Shown: piece after piece, positions 58,519 through 64,000 of the stretch | Layout: every line of letters starts with the position of its first letter | Position numbering within the stretch: the first letter of the stretch is position 1 | Assembly: GCF_009914755.1 (NCBI RefSeq) | Contig: NC_060929.1 | Reading direction: 5' to 3' (one strand) | Length of the DNA: 64,000 nt | Origin: the human T2T-CHM13v2.0 reference genome, Homo sapiens | Program-made: the position numbers and the translations under genes | Notes under the pieces: generated by a model | Database searches by the model: none | What the model was told of the DNA's origin: nothing | The model's input: the letters and a program-made list of their open reading frames with translations, nothing else

Positions 58519-61500
58519 TCACCACCTCTGTCTTTTCTTCTTTTTCCTAATTATCCCTGCCTTTTAGTTCTTCTAGACCTAAGATATAACAGTGATTTTC
58601 CTTCTCCTGAAGATAGACAGCAAAAGAATACTGTCATGGTTAAAAATGAATAAACATGCCACAGCATGCATTGTGAAGATCTGCCATCTGTGTGCATCGC
58701 TGCTGCAGGTATGTTAGCCAGTCTCCAAAGTGTTTGAACTACTTGTTCAAGGGGATCTGGTGTTCTCTGTAGCAGAAGCTACTGAGTTATTAGGGGTAAG
58801 GCTTCAGCCCTGGGGCAGAAGGAGGACTTGGCAGGGCCCTCTTAGCTCTGAGCATCTGCATACCTTTCTGTTTTTTAGCTGGTGGTTTATCTAGCTTTAG
58901 GTATATAAAGATTTATTTGAAAAGGTAGAGTTTGTGGCAGTAATTGTTACCTTCTCTTCTTCTCTCCTCTCTTTCCCCTCTGAAGTGGAGGGGAAACCTG
59001 TTTGTTTCATGCCAGCTTCTGCCACTGATGTTTTCACTGCTTTCTGTTCAAGATGTTATGGTGAGGGAGGAGGCAGAGACCAGGGTCAGGAGGATCTTGG
59101 AGATCATCCCAGCCAGCACTTTACAAACTGTCTCTGGAAGTTCACATGGATGCTTCAGTGTTTACATTGTTTCAAATTGTTAGCTCTTTTTAAAGTTGTA
59201 ATAATAATAATATTATTTTTAAAAAATACTGCTATGTGTTATATACTGCATTTTTACGTGTTGAAGGTCACCAGCTTTTTCTTTTAACATCTGTTTAATT
59301 GAAGATAATCCTGAGATTATAGGGCAGGCTGTGTTTTTTAAAAAAATGTATCTACTTATTCATCAAATGCATCAACTCTCCATTAAATTAAAAAGATTTT
59401 TTTTAGCATTGGGCAACTAAAACCAAACAGAAAACTATACTTTGAGGCAGATGTAAGCTGCAAGCTGTTGTCTCCAATTCCTGAGTTCAGATTATTTGTG
59501 TTCATCAGAACAACCTCATTGTCCTCGTTGGTTAATTTTCAGTAAATAAATGTTATTAATTTGAAAATTAGAAATTTGTAATCATAAAATGCACCTCCAA
59601 GTCTTACCAATTGAAAGACTTCACTCACTGAAAACCTACCAGCTTCTCAGAGAACATGAAACTGGCATTCCTCAGTTGTTTGGGAATTCCTTCTAGTCCA
59701 TCATTATTTATTTATTAAATTGTACTCCAGGTGGACTATATAACAAGATCGTATTTGCACAAGAAGGCCTACTTACTGGCAACAACCTTTATATTGTCAT
59801 GTTCACATCTCAGCAATTGCTTTTTACTTGTGAGTAGACCCTGGCAGCTTTTTCTTTTGTAGATTGTGTCAACTTATGAAAAAAAAAATCTCCTCTCCTA
59901 TCCTCCAGTGTGAGAAATGCTTCCCTCTGCCCAACCCCGGGAAGCACTGCTTTAATTATGAGACCGTTGTTACCTTTTACCTCCTATTCAATTGTTTCCT
60001 ATGTGCTTAGAGATTTGTTGAGCCATTTGCCCATAAAAATCACTCCAGCAGTTATCGAAAGCCTTGGATGATAAATTAGATCATCCCTCAACCTCTGAGG
60101 TCAGGCAGCCCCCACTTCCTTCCTCCTCCTTTCACTAGATCTCTTTTCCACCCTCTCCGTCTGTCTGGGTAGACCTCTCTGACACTACTCCCACCCTTCC
60201 CAATTTTTGTGCACTACAGTGGCTTCCGCCTAAAGCCTTGTTTGCCCTCTGAGAGATGCCCATGGAGCTCCAGGATCTGTGTGTTCCATGACCCCTGGCA
60301 GATCACGCTCCTCTTGTGGAAAATGGGAATTTTACATCTCCCTTCCTGCCTTACAGGGTTTGTTGTGAGGGGCAAGGGAGACAGTGAGAGGGTGGTTGGG
60401 GGCACTTGAGTGCTGTGGGAATTGGAGGTTCTGCTGCCTCTTCTCTGTGGGGCTGTTATCTGAGCTCTTTCACTCTTTAGTACCGCGTCCCTGTCTCGTC
60501 TCAAGAAAGCAGGTAGTGGAAGAGATGGAGAGAGTTCCAGCTTGCCTCCCAGATGAATTAAAATCAATGAAAGTTCCCACATGCACAGAGCCAGATGCAT
60601 CCCTCTTCCTGTCCACACCCCTGTCACCAAAACAAGTGTGGTGAGGGGCCCCTGCCCTCTCAAGCAGGTCAGCGCAGGCCCTGCAGTAAGGAAGGCCTGA
60701 GTTGAATCTTGGTTCTGTCATTTGTAACAGCCATGTGGACCTTCAGGATGATGCCTAGACTTATGCTAAAGATTAATTGGGAGACTGTATGGAGAGGGCT
60801 TGTGCCTTGCACATTGTAAGAGCTCAAAAATAGCTATTAATTTTTTGGTGTTTGGAGAGACTGTTGTACTTTCTATAAATAAATTGTACAGTTTAACTCC
60901 CTGATTGGACCTGAATAAAAATGTTGGGGTAGGGATAGAAGAAAGGGAATCATTCCATGTGGTTTCTTCCTTCTATTTCTCCTGCCAGCTCGCTTCCCCA
61001 CCCCAGCCTGGGCACTGCTGTTCGACTGAGACCAGGATTATTCCCACCGCCCAAGAGCAGAGAGGGCTCAGATGCACAGCCTCTGCCTTCGTGGAGTGGG
61101 CATTTTCAGGTGGGGATGACATTTTCTAACAAGCCTGGGGCACCTCCTCCCTCCCCACCTCATGGGTCCCTCTCTCATTTTAAAAGCCCTCCCAGGACTT
61201 CAAGATGAAACACTTCCACACTGGGCAGAGATTCTCATTGAATTCTCCAGTTCGCTGTCTCCAGTGCTGAGGAGAGACATTTTAATTAATTATAGTCCCA
61301 TGGGCTCGGGGATCAATAGCAGTGAAGAGCCGTGGAATGAATTCCAGCCTCTGTGCTGTTTCCAGCTCTCCCTGTGACCTTGTACCAGTCGCTCAAGCTC
61401 TCTGGGCCTTGGTTTCCTCTTCTCTAGAATGGGAATATTCATTTCACAGGCATAATGAGAATCTTCAAAAAGGTATGGCGATCAAAGTGTTGTAAAATGT

Positions 61501-62504
61501 AGAGTGCTAACCACAAGTAAGTTATTATTAAGGTGGTATTTATATTCCCAAAGGGTAAGCATGAGTGGTGTTTCTCTTCTGAGCCATTTCTAGAACCTTC
61601 TTGCTTTTTGTTAATACGTTAAAACCACCTGGCAGCTTCCATTTTCCTTTCTGAGTCTGAGAAGCAAGCAGCCCAGACAGAATTGGGGGGAGAGGGTGTA
61701 GATGGGAAGAAGTTCCTGTTCTGTAAGCCCCAAGTTTCTCCAGCAAGGAAAAGGTAATCATACCTGTGGGACCTGGAATAAGAAGACAGAAGCCTTGGCT
61801 TTCCCCGAGAGTCAGTGCTGTTCGCCACACTGGCCACCTCTAGTGCTGAGTCTTTGTTTATTGAAGCCTCTTCTTCTGTTTTCCTGTGTCCTTTTCCCTG
61901 CAGTGTATTCTGCACACAGCAACCAGAGTGATCTTTCCAAAACACATCTGGTCATGTCCTTACCCTGCCCAGAGCCCTCCCCCGGCTCCCCTAGACTTTA
62001 GGATAAAATCCAGCTTCTTGCTATGGCTGCTCAGGCCCTGCTGCTCCGGCCTCTGACCGCATCTGTAGTCGTAGTCCCCTGCTCTCCCACCTGCTCGCCT
62101 TTGGCTCCCAATGTAGCTCATCTACTCCCCGACATGTGCTCTACCTGGGTCCCCAGGCCTTAATGTGCCAGTCTGGGCCTCCCTGGCCAGGTCCTCCACG
62201 TGCTTCAGGTGTCTACTGAGACATCATCTCCCCCAGCAAGCCTTCCCTGACCACCCTGCCCTCCTCAGCCTGAGTGGGTTCCTGTGGTGTCCTGTGCTTA
62301 TGGATGTCTTGGTCCTAACCGTATCCCAGGACAGTCATCCATGTCCTTGGTGGCCTCCCCTCACCTACCCTACAGATGCATGAGCTCCTTTCAGGCTGTG
62401 CCTGTGTGACCAGTTTACTGTTCTATCCTCCAGCGTCTAGCACACCTCCTGCCACACAATGCATGCCAAATAATGGATGGAAGAATGGACATGGGCTGTT
62501 ACCA

Positions 62505-62685
62505 CCAGATTGAAAAACCTGCACATACTAGAATCACCTGGGCACTCTCCCAGCCAACGGCTTCGGCTTCCTGGTGCCACCTTAGTCCTCCAGATTCAGC
62601 ATTTCTATGGGTGGGCCGGGGAATCTGCATGTTTAACAAGCACACGCCCAGGTGATTATAATGCAAATTTGAGAACCTCTCAGTG
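62505..62685. mobile_element. MER5A-like element
   Basis: AGAATCACCTGGG...GGAATCTGCATGTTTAACAAG...CAGGTGATT...TTTGAGAACC. Confidence 0.75.
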
Positions 62686-62762
62686 ATCTTTCCAAGCCCA
62701 ACGTTTTACAAAACAGATAACTGATCCAGAGACAGTAAGTGAATTCTGTAAGATCTCAAACA

Positions 62763-62772
62763 CTCTCTCGCG

Positions 62773-62821
<49 letters not shown>

Positions 62822-62844
62822 ACCACAGAGAGAGAGGGAGAGAG
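62763..62844. repeat. Compound (CT)n(CA)n(GA)n microsatellite
   Basis: Seen directly. Confidence 0.93.
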
Positions 62845-64000
62845 ATTTCATTTATGAGATGACATGAACACCCAATGCTTTTCCCACTCCCACAAAGTAG
62901 ACCTTCAAGAAAACCATGGTAGGCATAGGAGAATTTTTGTCTTTGTTTTAACCTTTGTCCTAAACAGATCTGATCTGGCGAATCTTCACATATTGTTTAT
63001 TTCCTTTCCATAGGAAGTGCTTAGCCTCCAAGTATGGGCTACTTATTTTTTAACAATTACTTTCACTCCAAGACGTACATAATTTTTTAAACATGGGAAT
63101 CCCTGATGTTTCATTTTTGTTTTGGAAATGATTTTTAGAGAAGATGAATTATCCTGTCTGATGCCATGAGATCTATTTTTATCATTTGGGATGTTGAGAC
63201 TAAAACTGACAACATATTTAGTATTGCTTATAGTACTCAGTGACACTGCCTCCCTTTGAAGCCCGCCAGAGAGCCACCATGCAGGAACATGAGTTACTAA
63301 TTAATTCAACCTGCTCACTGGGACAAAATGGGAAGGAAGAACCCACATTTGACACAGATAAAGTGGAGCATGTTCAAAGCGCCAGGACACCAAGGGATCA
63401 GGAAATTATGTCTCAAGGGAAGGGCTGAAGAAACTGCACATTTAGGTTTCCATGGAGGAAACTCAGTGGCTGTAAATGCCAGAAGTGCTGAAATAGGGGT
63501 GGGTAGGCTTGCAAGGAAAGTAGACCTGGACCTGAGGGTGGAAGTTACCAGGACAGACCTTCCGCTGGAATATGTGAAAGAACTTCCAAGCAAATGGAAT
63601 CCTGCAAATAAGCATCCTTAAAAGGGAGTTCCCACAGCAAGAGAAATGTTCAAAGCTGGAGCCATCTGATGGGGCTGTCACAGAATGTCCTGGGTGAGGA
63701 GTGGTCTGGACTAGAAGAAGTCCAGGTACCTTTCTGACAGACTCTGGGGTGAACACAAATGGCCACAGGACCAAGCCAGTGACCTGAATGAGTCAGTCAT
63801 TACTCAGCTCCAGCCAATTGCTTGGGAATGTGGGTCCAGCAAGGCCAGATCCTTCTTCTGATTTTTCAAGAAAAGACAGACTTGTGGATTTTTAAAAATA
63901 TGGACTGTCCTGAGTTTTAAATATCATGCAGGCCAAATAAAGCCATCTGTGCCTGCAGGGTCTTGATTGTGACCTGCCAGTTTGACCCCTCTGTTCCAGG

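Noticed and set aside
61828-61848. CTCF-like TGGCCACCTCTAGTG
   Set aside because: Spacing does not fit the core consensus on either strand

Overview
Primate (almost certainly human) genomic DNA around the 5' end of GALNT10 (polypeptide N-acetylgalactosaminyltransferase 10, + strand). The only credible coding sequence is coding exon 1 (33835-33993, MRRKEKRLLQAVALVLAALVLLPNVGLWALY...AAGQ). It lies in a CpG-island promoter and is followed by the start of a long first intron. The rest is repeat-rich intergenic or intronic DNA: about 17 Alus, L1, L2 and MIR fragments, solo ERV1/ERVL/MaLR LTRs, DNA-transposon relics and microsatellites. The other ORFs in the track are best explained as chance, Alu-derived, simple-repeat or GC-content artefacts. 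I found no new multi-gene biological system. The most interesting signals are structural and regulatory: a reconstructable ~470-bp inversion inside a nested transposon cluster (25.3-25.9 kb), a locally templated insertion copied from 1.1 kb away (54.4 to 55.5 kb), a candidate NF-kB/CpG enhancer (~9.1-9.3 kb), CTCF motifs, and a G4 plus weak-Kozak start for GALNT10. Repeat family names come from recalled consensus sequences, and boundaries are approximate unless a target-site duplication (TSD) is quoted.
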